Source: Candidatus Entotheonellaceae bacterium (lineage in GTDB: Bacteria > Tectomicrobia > Entotheonellia > Entotheonellales > Entotheonellaceae). Taken from it: a DNA stretch of 64,000 nt. Positions 40,315 to 51,204 of the stretch are shown in pieces. The notes beneath the pieces are model-generated. The model did not search any database and was not told the origin of the DNA. It saw nothing but the letters and a program-made list of their open reading frames with translations. A program made the translations under genes and the position numbers. Within the stretch, counting starts at the first letter, position 1, and the number at the start of each line of letters is the position of its first letter. The stretch is taken from assembly GCA_965238075.1 (NCBI GenBank), contig OZ250173.1, positions 2,752,001 through 2,816,000 of the forward strand. Reading direction: 5' to 3'.

Positions 40315-41729
40315 CAAGACCCTCCCGGCTCTGCAACAAGGGCTTCAACGAGGTGCTCCATCGCCATGCCGCGCGATCCTTTGAGCAGTACCACGTCCTG
40401 GGGTTGCATCAGTTCGGCCAACAGGTTCAGAACGTCTTGCTGGCTGGTGGTATGGTGGATGCGGGCGTGCTCCATCCCGGCTTGATGGGCGCCGCGGGCG
40501 ATGTGTTCAGCCGCTGGACCCAGAGCGATCAGGGTATGCACATTGGTTTGCGAGACCAGGGAGCCGACCTCTTGATGGAATGCCGGACCGCCATCTCCGA
40601 GTTCCAGCATATCGCCCAGCACTGCGATGTGACGTCCGGTACCGGGAACCCCGGCGAGAAAGTTCAGGGCTACCTGCATGGATTGCGGATTGGCATTGTA
40701 GGTATCGTCGATTAGCCACACGCCCTCCTGTCCGCGGCGCATGGCCAGGCGTCCGTAAACGCCCCGATAATGTTGTAAACCCCAGACGATACGCTGCTTT
40801 GGCACCTCAAAGGCCATGCCGACAGCCGCCGCCGCCAGCGCGTTCATAATTTGGTGCGCCCCCGGTACCTGAAGCCTGAATTCTTGCGTTCCGTCGTCCA
40901 GGACCACACAACACCGCGTGCCGGCAAGGCCCAGATTCTCTTGCACCCATCCACGCACATCGGCGTGCTGCGTTTGTCCAAAGGTTATCAAGCGCCCCGC
41001 CGATTGCTGTCCCAAGGCCAAGGCCTTCGGGTCGTCGGCATTGACAATCGCCACGCCTGACGCGTCAAGCGACGTCGTCAGTTCGCCTTTGGCCTGTTGA
41101 ATGGCCTCAACAGAGCCCAGGCAGCCGAGGTGGGCAAGACCGATATTCGTGATGACGCCAACATCCGGCTGGACGATCTCGCACAGACGACTGATTTCGC
41201 CCAAATGATTCATGCCAAGTTCGAGCACCATGGCGCGTTTCAGTACGTCCAGATCCAGCACGGCAAGGGGTACGCCGATATGGTTATTCAGATTGCCGCT
41301 TGCCTTGTGGGTGGAGAACCAAGTCTGCAGAACGCTGGCGATCATCTCCTTGACGGTGGTTTTGCCGTTGCTTCCGGTCACGGCCACCACCGAGCCCTGA
41401 AACCGTTGCCGGTGGGCGAGAGCAAGATCCTGCAACGCCTTTTCCGTGTCCGCGACGCAAATCACAGCCGGGACCGCCCCGTTCTCGCTCAGCGCCGCTT
41501 CGTTGAGGCAGGCCGTATTGGAAACCAGGACGCCAGTGGCGCCGCGTTGTATGGCGTCGGGCACGAAGCGATGCCCATCGAATCGCTCCCCGCGCAGCGC
41601 GACAAACACGTTGCCGGCCTGCACCGTTCGGGAATCGGTGCTGATGCCGCACACGTCTTGTCGTTCGTCGCCGCGGAGGAGGGTGCCATGCGCCCAGTGC
41701 GCGAGGTCGGCAACACGCCATGTCGGCAT
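40314..41729 (-). CDS. murF: UDP-MurNAc-tripeptide--D-Ala-D-Ala ligase
   Basis: [28 protein letters not shown]. Confidence 0.95.
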   Translation of the reverse strand: MPTWRVADLAHWAHGTLLRGDERQDVCGISTDSRTVQAGNVFVALRGERFDGHRFVPDAIQRGATGVLVSNTACLNEAALSENGAVPAVICVADTEKALQDLALAHRQRFQGSVVAVTGSNGKTTVKEMIASVLQTWFSTHKASGNLNNHIGVPLAVLDLDVLKRAMVLELGMNHLGEISRLCEIVQPDVGVITNIGLAHLGCLGSVEAIQQAKGELTTSLDASGVAIVNADDPKALALGQQSAGRLITFGQTQHADVRGWVQENLGLAGTRCCVVLDDGTQEFRLQVPGAHQIMNALAAAAVGMAFEVPKQRIVWGLQHYRGVYGRLAMRRGQEGVWLIDDTYNANPQSMQVALNFLAGVPGTGRHIAVLGDMLELGDGGPAFHQEVGSLVSQTNVHTLIALGPAAEHIARGAHQAGMEHARIHHTTSQQDVLNLLAELMQPQDVVLLKGSRGMAMEHLVEALVAEPGGS

Positions 41730-41731
41730 AA

Positions 41732-43225
41732 CTATCGCTTTATCCTGTGAAAGGCCGCTCGTGCCACTTCCCGGTCATCAAAGTGGCAACGTTGTTGACC
41801 AATGATTTGGTAGTCCTCGTGACCTTTGCCGGCGATGACAACGGTATCCTGCGCCTGTGCCCTGGCAATCGCCTGTTCAATGGCTTGGCGGCGGTCGGGG
41901 ATGGTGGTATAGCTGGACGAAGGTGCGGTCAGACCATCGACGATGTCGTCGATGATGCGCTGGGGGTCTTCGGTTCGGGGATTGTCGGAGGTGATGATCG
42001 TGTAATCGCTGATGGTGGTTGCGGCTTGGCCCATGAGCGGGCGTTTGCCGGGGTCGCGATCGCCGCCGCATCCAAAGACGGTGATCAAGCGACCGACGGT
42101 TTCGGCCCGCACCAGGCGCAGAACCTGCTCCAATGCCGCGGGTGTATGCGCGTAATCCACGAACACGGTCACATCCTGTCCGCAGTCGACGCGCTCTAAC
42201 CGGCCTGGGACCTTGTGGAGCTGTGCGACGCCTTGTCGAATCGCCCCCGCGTCTATGCCCAAAGCCTGCGCGATACCGATGCCGGCGAGCAGGTTGTAAA
42301 TGTTGTGACGTCCCACGAGAGAAGAACTCAGGGCGAGAGGCCCTTCGGAAGTCGGCAAAACGAAGCGAATCCCGTCGAGGCCGTGGTGGACAGCATGGGG
42401 CTTTAGGCTGGTAGAACTGGCGAGGCCATAGGTTAGTGGACGGGCGTGGGACGTCCGGAGGAGAGCACGTCCGTATGGATCGTCGAGATTCAGAACGTGC
42501 CACTCCGCTTCGAGGTCCCGAAACAGCCGCGCCTTCGCGTTGAAGTAGGCCGATTCGGAACCGTGATAATCAAAATGATCACGACTCAAGTTGGTAAATG
42601 CCGCCACTGCAAAAGGGCAGCCTCGTACGCGCTCTTGTGTCAGGGCATGGCTTGAAACTTCCATCACCGCATAATGGGTGCCCGCAGCGACCATTTGAGA
42701 CAGCAGGTCGTGCAACAATGGGGCATCGGGGGTGGTCTGTGGCGACGGTAGGCGTTTCGATCCGATGCGATAATCCACTGTGCCCAGCATCCCGACAGAA
42801 TCTCCGGCGGCCTGCAGGATAGCTTCCACAATGTAGGCCGTGGTGGTTTTGCCGTTTGTCCCGGTAATACCGATCAGGGATAACTGGCGCGCCGGGTGCT
42901 GGTAGTAGGCGCTGGCCAACATCGCTACTGCCTGGTGGCAATCCGGTACTCGAATGACCGTCTGTCCCTCGGCCTGCACCCTGGGCCACAGCGTGGCAGG
43001 CAGTTCCTCAACGACAAGCACGCTGGCGCCCTTGTCGAGCGCTTCGGTGAGAAAGAGGTGCCCGTCCGTACGCGTCCCTCTCAGGGCGGTGAACAGGGTG
43101 TCTTGCTGCACCTGGCGCGAGTCCGTTATGAGATGCTCGACTGGGCAATGCGCGCTGCCCACCAGGATCTCACCCGACAGCTCGGATATCAGGGTTGCCA
43201 GATCACGACTCGTTTCCAAAACCAT
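41732..43225 (-). CDS. murE: UDP-MurNAc-dipeptide--DAP ligase
   Basis: GTNGKTT, DYAHTP, DNPR (DAP-type motif), GKGHE. Confidence 0.95.
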   Translation of the reverse strand: MVLETSRDLATLISELSGEILVGSAHCPVEHLITDSRQVQQDTLFTALRGTRTDGHLFLTEALDKGASVLVVEELPATLWPRVQAEGQTVIRVPDCHQAVAMLASAYYQHPARQLSLIGITGTNGKTTTAYIVEAILQAAGDSVGMLGTVDYRIGSKRLPSPQTTPDAPLLHDLLSQMVAAGTHYAVMEVSSHALTQERVRGCPFAVAAFTNLSRDHFDYHGSESAYFNAKARLFRDLEAEWHVLNLDDPYGRALLRTSHARPLTYGLASSTSLKPHAVHHGLDGIRFVLPTSEGPLALSSSLVGRHNIYNLLAGIGIAQALGIDAGAIRQGVAQLHKVPGRLERVDCGQDVTVFVDYAHTPAALEQVLRLVRAETVGRLITVFGCGGDRDPGKRPLMGQAATTISDYTIITSDNPRTEDPQRIIDDIVDGLTAPSSSYTTIPDRRQAIEQAIARAQAQDTVVIAGKGHEDYQIIGQQRCHFDDREVARAAFHRIKR

Positions 43226-43273
43226 GTTGCTCCCTGTCTGCGGTTTGTGCCGTCGTGTGCCTGTTCACCAACC

Positions 43274-45034
43274 TTACCGCTCTGCCAGACTCAGCTCTTC
43301 TGTGCGGTTGGCGATGTAAGTGTCTTCGATCTCTGGACGGATCCTGCCGGGTGGAACCTGCAAATGGTGCAGCGCCTGTGCCGCAATGCGGCGGAACACT
43401 GGGGCTGCTGCTGAGCCGCCCCATCGTTTTTTCTTCGGTTCATCGAACATGACGAGCATCACGAACCGAGGCGCCTCAGCCGGGGCGTAGCCGATAAAAG
43501 AAGCCACAACTTTGCTCCGGCTGTAGCGGCCGTTTTCGGCCTTCTGTGCGGTGCCGGACTTCCCAGCCACCAAGTAGCCGTCCAAGGCGGCCTGGGTGCC
43601 CGTGCCCCGCTCAACAACGCCGACCAGGATTGAGGTGAGGCGGTTCGTCGTTTGCTGCGACAGGATACGACGGCGGCGCTCGGGCTTGAACGTCTGCTCC
43701 AAGTCGCCCTTGACCATGCGGTCAACAAGGCGCGGCCGTAATAGCCAGCCGCCGTTGGCGATGGCGGAAAAGGCGGCGACCAATTGCATTGGCGTCACAG
43801 TGATTTCCTGCCCAATCGTCAGCGAATCGTGCGACAGGGCCGACCAATCCTCCGGGTGGCGGATTCCGCCGGGATGCTCAGCCGGCAGGTCGATGAGGGA
43901 TTTCTCGCCGAACCCGAAGCGCCTGATGTATTCGTAGAACTGCTCGGAGCCGATCCGTTCATTTACTTTGGCCATGCAGATGTTGCTGGAATTTTCCATC
44001 ACCTCTGGAAAGGTGAGGAACTCAAATGGCTTATGATCGCGCAGCACGCGGTTGTTGCGTATCGTCCGGCCCTTCTCGCAGAAGAAAACCTCGTCCAGGT
44101 TAACGGTTTTCTCCTCCAGTGCCGCCGCCGCCGCAACAACCTTGAAGGTGGAGCCTGGCTCTACGGGGTCGGTGATGGCTCGGTTGCGCCGCCAGGAACG
44201 TTGCTCTTTGTTTCGATAGTCGTTCGGGTTAAAGAAGGGATAGGATGCCAGCGTGAGGATGCCGCCCGTGTATGGATCCATGATGACGACCAGACCGCTG
44301 CGAGCGCCTATCGCCTCCGCCTGCCGGGCAAGTTCCTTCTCCGCGATGTGTTGCAGCCGCATATCAAGCGTCAGGTGAAGGTCTGCCCCACGAGGTGGCC
44401 CCGCGTGGGCTGCCTGGTCGAAGCTCACGGTCCGACCCCGCGCGTCCCGTGTTCCATTGGTGCGAAGTGGCTGTGCCGCCAATACGTCATCGTATTGGCG
44501 TTCCAAGCCCCCCAGACCCTGCTCGTCGACTCCGGCATAGCCTATCGTGGAACCCGCCATAACGCCTCTGGGGTAAATCCGGCGCGTTTCCTTCATTATA
44601 TGAATGCCGGGGAGCTTCAGAGCTTCCAATGCTGATACCTTTTCCGGCGATACCTGACGCGCCAGCCACACAAAGGAAGCCTTAGAGGTGAGTTGCTGCT
44701 CAAGGCGGCTTCGGGAGAGGGATGGGAAGATGCTGACTATCTTTTGTGCCGTGGCACCGGGTTGCCTGACATCACGAGGTGCCGCATAAACGGAGGGGGC
44801 TGGGATGCTGGCGGCCAGGACATTGTTGCGCCGGTCGTAAATGCTGCCCCGCACTGGCGCCACGGTAATCCGACGCCCATACTGCGCCTCCGCCGAATCT
44901 CGCCAGTAGGTGTATTGCCCAACCTGAACAACGGTCAACCGCACCAGTATTGCCAAAAAACCAAGACCAAAAAAACCCACGACGAGATACAGCCGTGGGC
45001 GGCTATAGCCTGTGGAATACCTGACGCGCCTCAT
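43274..45034 (-). CDS. ftsI: Penicillin-binding protein FtsI (PBP3)
   Basis: EPGSTFK, SSN, GKSGTAQ. Confidence 0.93.
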   Translation of the reverse strand: MRRVRYSTGYSRPRLYLVVGFFGLGFLAILVRLTVVQVGQYTYWRDSAEAQYGRRITVAPVRGSIYDRRNNVLAASIPAPSVYAAPRDVRQPGATAQKIVSIFPSLSRSRLEQQLTSKASFVWLARQVSPEKVSALEALKLPGIHIMKETRRIYPRGVMAGSTIGYAGVDEQGLGGLERQYDDVLAAQPLRTNGTRDARGRTVSFDQAAHAGPPRGADLHLTLDMRLQHIAEKELARQAEAIGARSGLVVIMDPYTGGILTLASYPFFNPNDYRNKEQRSWRRNRAITDPVEPGSTFKVVAAAAALEEKTVNLDEVFFCEKGRTIRNNRVLRDHKPFEFLTFPEVMENSSNICMAKVNERIGSEQFYEYIRRFGFGEKSLIDLPAEHPGGIRHPEDWSALSHDSLTIGQEITVTPMQLVAAFSAIANGGWLLRPRLVDRMVKGDLEQTFKPERRRRILSQQTTNRLTSILVGVVERGTGTQAALDGYLVAGKSGTAQKAENGRYSRSKVVASFIGYAPAEAPRFVMLVMFDEPKKKRWGGSAAAPVFRRIAAQALHHLQVPPGRIRPEIEDTYIANRTEELSLAER

Positions 45035-45408
45035 GGTTCCCTCGTTACTGTTGGGAGGTCGTGTTGGGGGTTGTGCTGCGAACGCACGTAAATGATCTGG
45101 GTGCTCTGAGGGATTCGCAAACCAAGAAATTTGGTAGCGATCTCTTCAATACGAGATAGTTGACTCAGCGAGACGAGTTCCAGGCGCAACTCCTCTTGGC
45201 GCTGCAAGGCTTCTACGCGTTGTTTTTGAAGAACGCCTTCGCGGTAGCCCATATCTACAAGCCGCATCTGCGGCCAGAGGTAGAGCAAAATGCCTCCTAG
45301 CATCGCAACTGTGCAACAAAACAGGACGAAGATTGTCGGCTTGCCCACAATGCGTTCCTGGCGCTGCCGCCGTACCGTGTCTGATGCCTGCTGTTGTTGG
45401 CTTTTCAT
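45031..45408 (-). CDS. ftsL: Cell division protein FtsL
   Basis: TM plus coiled coil, RIEEIA; between rsmH and ftsI. Confidence 0.85.
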   Translation of the reverse strand: MKSQQQQASDTVRRQRQERIVGKPTIFVLFCCTVAMLGGILLYLWPQMRLVDMGYREGVLQKQRVEALQRQEELRLELVSLSQLSRIEEIATKFLGLRIPQSTQIIYVRSQHNPQHDLPTVTREP

Positions 45409-45411
45409 GGT

Positions 45412-46371
45412 CTAGTTCTCGGTGTCCAATTTTTCCGCGGCTCGAAACCGCGCGCTCCGGCTGCGTGGGTTGGATGCTTGCTCCTCAGGCCGGGGAGCAA
45501 GCGGTTTGCGCGTCAGGATTTTCAACTGCGGGTGGAGACCACAGCAGCATTGGGGCAGGCGAGGCGGGCACTGGCACCCTCGTGCCTGCTGGCGAAAAAA
45601 TGTCTTAACTTGACGATCTTCCAGAGAATGAAAGGCGACGACACTGAGGCGGCCGCCACTGCGCAGCGCCGCCACGGCTTGCGGCAAGGCATCGGCCAGG
45701 GCCGGCAGCTCGTTATTCACCGCTATGCGGAGGGCTTGAAAGACGCGCGTCGCAGGGTGAATGCGGGGGGGCCAAGCGGCTCGCGGGATGGCTTGAGCGA
45801 CGAGGTCGGCCAAATGGCGCGTGCGCGTGATGGCTGAGTTGTCACGCACAGTCAAGATCGCCTTGGCAATTCGCCCGGCCCAGCGTTCTTGGCCCAAGGT
45901 GCGGAAGATAGTCCGCAACTGTTCGCTGGAAGCCTGATTGATGAGGGTGCTGGCGGTGGCTTCCTGCCGGGTGTCCATGCGCATGTCGAGGGGACCGTCT
46001 TGACGAAAGCTGAAGCCGCGCGAGGGGGTGTCTAACTGATGCGACGATACCCCGAGGTCGAAGAGGATGCCGTCGACGCGTGGGTGCCCGCACTCCTGCA
46101 ATATCTCCCCGAGATCACGAAAATTTCCATGCCGCGCCAACAATCGCTGACGCCACGGCTTTCCCCAGTCACGCGCTGCGGCGATGCAGTCTTGATCGCG
46201 GTCGATGCCGATCACCATGCTTGATGCCTCACTCGCCTCCAACAAAGCGCGGCTATGCCCGCCGCCGCCCAGGGTGCAGTCCACATAGACCGCGGGGCTG
46301 GAACTCAGCAAGTGGCTGAGCACCTCCTCCTGCATGACAGCGCAATGTTTAACGAGTGGCGCGGCGTCCAT
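45412..46371 (-). CDS. rsmH: 16S rRNA m4C1402 methyltransferase
   Basis: DCTLGGGGHS, DLGVSS, HPATRVFQALRI, NPRSRSA. Confidence 0.95.
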   Translation of the reverse strand: MDAAPLVKHCAVMQEEVLSHLLSSSPAVYVDCTLGGGGHSRALLEASEASSMVIGIDRDQDCIAAARDWGKPWRQRLLARHGNFRDLGEILQECGHPRVDGILFDLGVSSHQLDTPSRGFSFRQDGPLDMRMDTRQEATASTLINQASSEQLRTIFRTLGQERWAGRIAKAILTVRDNSAITRTRHLADLVAQAIPRAAWPPRIHPATRVFQALRIAVNNELPALADALPQAVAALRSGGRLSVVAFHSLEDRQVKTFFRQQARGCQCPPRLPQCCCGLHPQLKILTRKPLAPRPEEQASNPRSRSARFRAAEKLDTEN

Positions 46372-46382
46372 CGGGTCTTGCC

Positions 46383-46832
46383 TCACAGTTTGAGAGCGGC
46401 AATTTGTTCGTGGGACTCGAAATCGGTCGGCTGATTTGCTTCGTAAGCTTCCCAACGGGTCGGAGACCACAATTCGAGCTTCCTTCCAACACCCACCATG
46501 TGAGCCTCGGAGCCGATGCCGGCGCAATGTCGCAACTTCTGAGGAATCAGCATGCGTCCCTGTCGGTCCAGGTTCAACATGGAGGCGCTGGAGTAAAAGC
46601 TGCGTGTGAAAGAGCGGGCCTTGGCATCGTTTGGCAACTCATTTACCTGTTCCTGAATATCCATCCAAACGGACTTGGGGTAGACGACCAAGCAGTTCTC
46701 GAAATACCTGGTGATGAACAGAAGACCCCCGTCCTCAGGGCCGTAGAGCTCGTGTAGGATGTGACGCAGCCCTACGGGTACGCTTAAGCGACCCTTTTCG
46801 TCCAGGCTGAGATCGTATTCCCCCACTAACAC
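46383..46832 (-). CDS. mraZ: Transcriptional regulator MraZ
   Basis: DEKGR and DRQGR motifs; first gene of dcw cluster. Confidence 0.93.
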   Translation of the reverse strand: MLVGEYDLSLDEKGRLSVPVGLRHILHELYGPEDGGLLFITRYFENCLVVYPKSVWMDIQEQVNELPNDAKARSFTRSFYSSASMLNLDRQGRMLIPQKLRHCAGIGSEAHMVGVGRKLELWSPTRWEAYEANQPTDFESHEQIAALKL

Positions 46833-46868
46833 AACAGGGCGTCCTTTTAGGATTATTGAGGCATTTCA

Positions 46869-46893
46869 CTCCACTTTATCCCATTCTCTCCCA
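46869..46893 (-). promoter_or_regulatory. MraZ-binding direct repeats
   Basis: TGGGA-N5-TGGGA-N5-TGGAG upstream of mraZ. Confidence 0.75.
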
Positions 46894-47050
46894 CATGGGG
46901 AATATAGGAGCTGCCTCGAAACCCGTCAAGGGGTAAATTCCGACGCCTGTGAAATCATGGGTCTCGTGCACCACTATGACAGTGCGTTGAGGAATATGAA
47001 AGACATTCAGCGATGACCAATGCACGAAGAAATATAAAGGCGGGTTATGG

Positions 47051-47502
<452 letters not shown>

Positions 47503-47848
47503 AAGACTAAAAAGACGGGCGTCGTTCAGCACTCAGCGTACATTCGTGTTTCGTTATCGCAAGCGGTGGGACTGATCGCTTCGGTGGTCAATACCTTGCG
47601 GTCATACTGCTGTGGGTCGATCGACCCTGAGATGTGGAACAACGAGCATAAAACCCAACGACATCAATATGTGAGATAACGTGCCTCGTTGCCTTCGTAT
47701 GTGCGATCCGTAACCAGAACGGGTTATTACGCTGCAGGAGCGGGCAGGAACTTGCGGCTTGTGCCCTTGCGAGGTGTTTGACCTGTCCGCTCCGTAGAGA
47801 GCGAGTGGGATGGAGTCTTACTGAGCCTCTGTTCGGTGTTACCAGGCC

Positions 47849-48229
47849 CTAATTGCCGCCTTGGTACGGTGGGACCGCGAGCGTTCGTAGAAAGGCCACG
47901 AGGTTCTGCAATTGATCGTCTTTCAAGTCGAATTGCGGCGGCATGATCGGGGATTTGCCAACAGCGGGACCGCCTTCTTTGATGACTCTGAACAGGTGTT
48001 GGTCCGACAGCGCGTTCATGTAGCCCCCATCGGTGTGGTCCCTCGGTGGGGGCTGCAAGGCTTTGGCGGTCGGTGTGTTGGCTTTGCCGTCCGGCCCGTG
48101 GCAAGGTGCGCAGCGTTGCTCATAAAGCGTCTTGCCAGCTTCGATGTCCGCCGATTCGGCAAGACCGGAAGTACCGACCAGTGCCGCTACTGCCGTCGTC
48201 AAGAAAACCACCACACACTTACTGAACAT
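47849..48229 (-). CDS. Monoheme cytochrome c
   Basis: Signal peptide, CAPCH, distal MPP. Confidence 0.88.
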   Translation of the reverse strand: MFSKCVVVFLTTAVAALVGTSGLAESADIEAGKTLYEQRCAPCHGPDGKANTPTAKALQPPPRDHTDGGYMNALSDQHLFRVIKEGGPAVGKSPIMPPQFDLKDDQLQNLVAFLRTLAVPPYQGGN

Positions 48230-48335
48230 ATCCGAAAACCTCCCCCCTTGAGAAACAGGCAACCATCACATCCCGCGCAGCGCTCGCTGCTCCTATCGCC
48301 CCGGGCTCTGCGGCACTCTTCGCGAGTGAACCCGT

Positions 48336-49430
48336 CTATGTGGAGACGGAAACCATTTCCGAAATACCCAGGTTGGGACGCGCATCAAGATCAAGAAAGG
48401 CAGGGTACTGGTAAAGTTCCCTGCAAGCCTCGTATCGGAAAGCCGCTGCCGCGGCAATCATGGCGGCATTATCGGTACACAAAATAGGGGATGGAAAGAG
48501 AACCGGCAAACCCAACGATTCTCCCGCCAAAGCCATCCGCCGCCGAAGCACTGTGTTGCAGGCCACCCCGCCTACCACAGCGATGGCTTCAGCCTTTGTC
48601 TGTTCGACGGCTCGAATCGTTTTGCTCACCAAGGCATCGACGACCGCTTCCTGAAAGCTGGCCAGAATGTCGTTGCGGTCTTGTTCCCATTGTGGGCTAT
48701 CAGGTAGCGGCCAAAAGGAATCGTCCTGAAAAATACGTTGACCGTGCAGGTCGCTTACGTCGAGGAGGTGAGATCGGACAGCGGCTTTCACGCCGCTGAA
48801 ACTGAAGTCCAGGTTGTTCCGTCGCTGCATGGCGCGCGGAAAGTGGACCGCTGCAGGGTTCCCGTGCTCTGCCAAGCGGTTGACAACCGGACCTCCAGGG
48901 TAGCCCAAACTGAGCATCTTGGCAACCTTGTCGAAGCATTCGCCGGCAGCGTCGTCGCGCGTTCGTCCCAGCACGTCGTATCGCCCCCTTTGCGGGCAAT
49001 AATACAGGTCCGAGTGCCCCCCGGAGACCACTAAGGCGACGAATGGACACGGCACGGATTCGTCCCCGAGGTAGATGGCGCTGACGTGGCCGTCCAGATG
49101 ATGTACGCCGACTAACGGCTTCCCCAAGCCGTAGGCCAGGGATTTCGCAAAGCTCAAACCAATCAAAAGCGCGCCGACGAGCCCCGGACCTTGCGTGACG
49201 CCAATGAGGTCGATGTCGCGCAGCGTCACGTCTGCCTGCACCAGTGCGGCTTCAACCACGGGTCGGATGTTCTCCGTGTGGCTCCGGCAGGCCAGTTCCG
49301 GAACCACGCCCCCATAGGCCGCGTGGATACTGTGCTGTGAGGAAATGATGTTGGCGAGGACATCGTGGTCGTCCGCCAAAACAGCAGCGGACGTTTCGTC
49401 GCACGAGGTCTCGATTCCCAAGGTGAGCAT
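48336..49430 (-). CDS. tsaD: t6A synthase TsaD
   Basis: GIETSCDET, HHLDGH, VSGGH, CTDNAAMI. Confidence 0.95.
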   Translation of the reverse strand: MLTLGIETSCDETSAAVLADDHDVLANIISSQHSIHAAYGGVVPELACRSHTENIRPVVEAALVQADVTLRDIDLIGVTQGPGLVGALLIGLSFAKSLAYGLGKPLVGVHHLDGHVSAIYLGDESVPCPFVALVVSGGHSDLYYCPQRGRYDVLGRTRDDAAGECFDKVAKMLSLGYPGGPVVNRLAEHGNPAAVHFPRAMQRRNNLDFSFSGVKAAVRSHLLDVSDLHGQRIFQDDSFWPLPDSPQWEQDRNDILASFQEAVVDALVSKTIRAVEQTKAEAIAVVGGVACNTVLRRRMALAGESLGLPVLFPSPILCTDNAAMIAAAAAFRYEACRELYQYPAFLDLDARPNLGISEMVSVST

Positions 49431-49486
49431 GGTGGGATTCCGTCAGGGGCGCCGACCAAGCGCTACCCAGGTGTGTGGACCGCGAG

Positions 49487-50752
49487 TTACTCCTGCGGTT
49501 CGGCCTGGGCCGCCTTCTCCTTTTCTGTCATTTTGTCGGTGAGAAAGTCAAAAGCCTTTTGCAGTTGCGTGTCGCCGGACAGATCTTCACCCGGCAGTTC
49601 CATCTGACGCCGGCTGCGCAGTTCCGACCCCGGCTCGTCGGACTCAGTTACCGGTTCCAGTTCGACAACGATATCCGGCGTAATGCCCTTGCCATGAATT
49701 TCGGCGTTGTTGGGGGTGTAATACTTCGCCGTCGTCAGACGCAAGCCTGAGCCGTCGCTGAGCGGAATGATCGTTTGCACCGAGCCCTTGCCGAAGCTCT
49801 GCGTGCCGATGAGGGTGGCGCGGTCCCAGTCCTTCAAGGCGCCGGCAACAATTTCGGAAGCACTGGCGCTGCCGCCGTTGATCAGAATGGCCAGCGGCCG
49901 GTTGGACCAAATGTCCCCACCTTTCGAGAACCCCTTCATATTCTGATTACTCAGACGCCCCTTGGTGTAAACGACCAGCTTGCCGTCTTCCAGAAAGACC
50001 TCGGACACCGCGATCGCCTGGTCCAAGAGGCCGCCCGGATTGTTGCGGAGGTCAAGGATGAGGGCTGAAATGCCTTGTGATTCAAGCTCCTGCAGGGCTT
50101 CCTTCACCTCGTTCACGGTGGTTTTCTGGAAGCTTCGCACCTTGATGTACCCCACATCCTCGGGCAGCTTGGTCCATCGCACACTTTGGATCTTAATGAC
50201 CGCGCGGACAATGGTGAAATCCTTGGGTTCGGCAAACCCTGGGCGCAGGATGCCGATCGTCACCTCCGTGCCTTCGAGGCCTCGAAGTTTCTTCACCGCT
50301 TCGAGCAGCGTCATGTCCTTGGTCGACTCGCCCTCCACGAGCACGATTTTATCGCCGGCCTGGATGCCCGCCCGGAAGGCCGGCGTGCCTTCGATAGGGG
50401 AGACCACGGTCAGCACGTCGTCGCGAATCGTAATCTCGATGCCCAGGCCGCCGAAGCGTCCTTCCGTTTCGACCTGCATCTCGCTGAACATTTCCGGCGG
50501 CATGAAGGACGAATGCGGGTCAAGGCTGCGCAACATGCCGCGGATGGCGCCGTGGATGACCCGCTCGGGCTCCACTTCCTCCACATAATTTGCTTCGACG
50601 TAGGAGAGGACTTCCGTGAAAATCTTCAGGTCCTCGTAGCGCTCAATTTGGAAGGGGTGGCGATTCGCCATCACCACGCCCGTGCAAATGCTCACCAGAA
50701 CGACGATGACTGACCATAACCACACCGGCTTTCCCCGAAGCTTCTGCGCCAT
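49487..50752 (-). CDS. ctpA: S41 C-terminal processing protease
   Basis: PDZ GGLGI, DLRNNPGG, SASASE, FGKGSVQ. Confidence 0.93.
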   Translation of the reverse strand: MAQKLRGKPVWLWSVIVVLVSICTGVVMANRHPFQIERYEDLKIFTEVLSYVEANYVEEVEPERVIHGAIRGMLRSLDPHSSFMPPEMFSEMQVETEGRFGGLGIEITIRDDVLTVVSPIEGTPAFRAGIQAGDKIVLVEGESTKDMTLLEAVKKLRGLEGTEVTIGILRPGFAEPKDFTIVRAVIKIQSVRWTKLPEDVGYIKVRSFQKTTVNEVKEALQELESQGISALILDLRNNPGGLLDQAIAVSEVFLEDGKLVVYTKGRLSNQNMKGFSKGGDIWSNRPLAILINGGSASASEIVAGALKDWDRATLIGTQSFGKGSVQTIIPLSDGSGLRLTTAKYYTPNNAEIHGKGITPDIVVELEPVTESDEPGSELRSRRQMELPGEDLSGDTQLQKAFDFLTDKMTEKEKAAQAEPQE

Positions 50753-51016
50753 TGGGATTTTCCTTATTTAACTGGTAGGGCCCCGTTCGTCCTCAGCCGC
50801 CATGCTTCTTTTGGGCGACCACTGCCTGCTTGAGCGCGTCTCAATTCTGATGGAATTAGCGACTTGCGTATCACAATTCCCGCAAAATAAGACTGGATGA
50901 AATCTGTAGCCGGTGGAGAAGGCACCATAAAGCAAACGGCCCGTCTTGTAAAGGTTGCGGAACCCGTTGGGCGGGGTCCACTACGCCACGCCAGGCGTTC
51001 TTGCAGGGTGTCTGTG

Positions 51017-51202
51017 TCATGCCGTCGTTCCCTCCGTGAATCGTCCTTCAATCCAGCCTTCGATGCGCGTCAGTCGCTCTTTGACGGTCGCCATGTCCGC
51101 TTGCAAGGCGTCAATGCGTCTGCTCAAACGGTCGAACATGCGCCACTGCAAGCCGACAACGGCCACCCCAACGCCAATGATTGCCCAGAATTCAGCACTC
51201 AT
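51017..51202 (-). CDS. Small membrane-anchored coiled-coil protein (61 aa), cut off from its RBS by an IS
   Basis: MSAEFWAIIGVGVAVVGLQW...RIDALQADMATVKERLTRIEG. Confidence 0.65.
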   Translation of the reverse strand: MSAEFWAIIGVGVAVVGLQWRMFDRLSRRIDALQADMATVKERLTRIEGWIEGRFTEGTTA

Positions 51203-51204
51203 GC

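Noticed and set aside
47730-47790. c-di-GMP-I riboswitch, SRP or 6S RNA assignment
   Set aside because: The conserved motifs of these families are not matched well enough to name one
48690-48780. Extra residues in TsaD
   Set aside because: They fall in a loop that is length-variable among TsaD proteins
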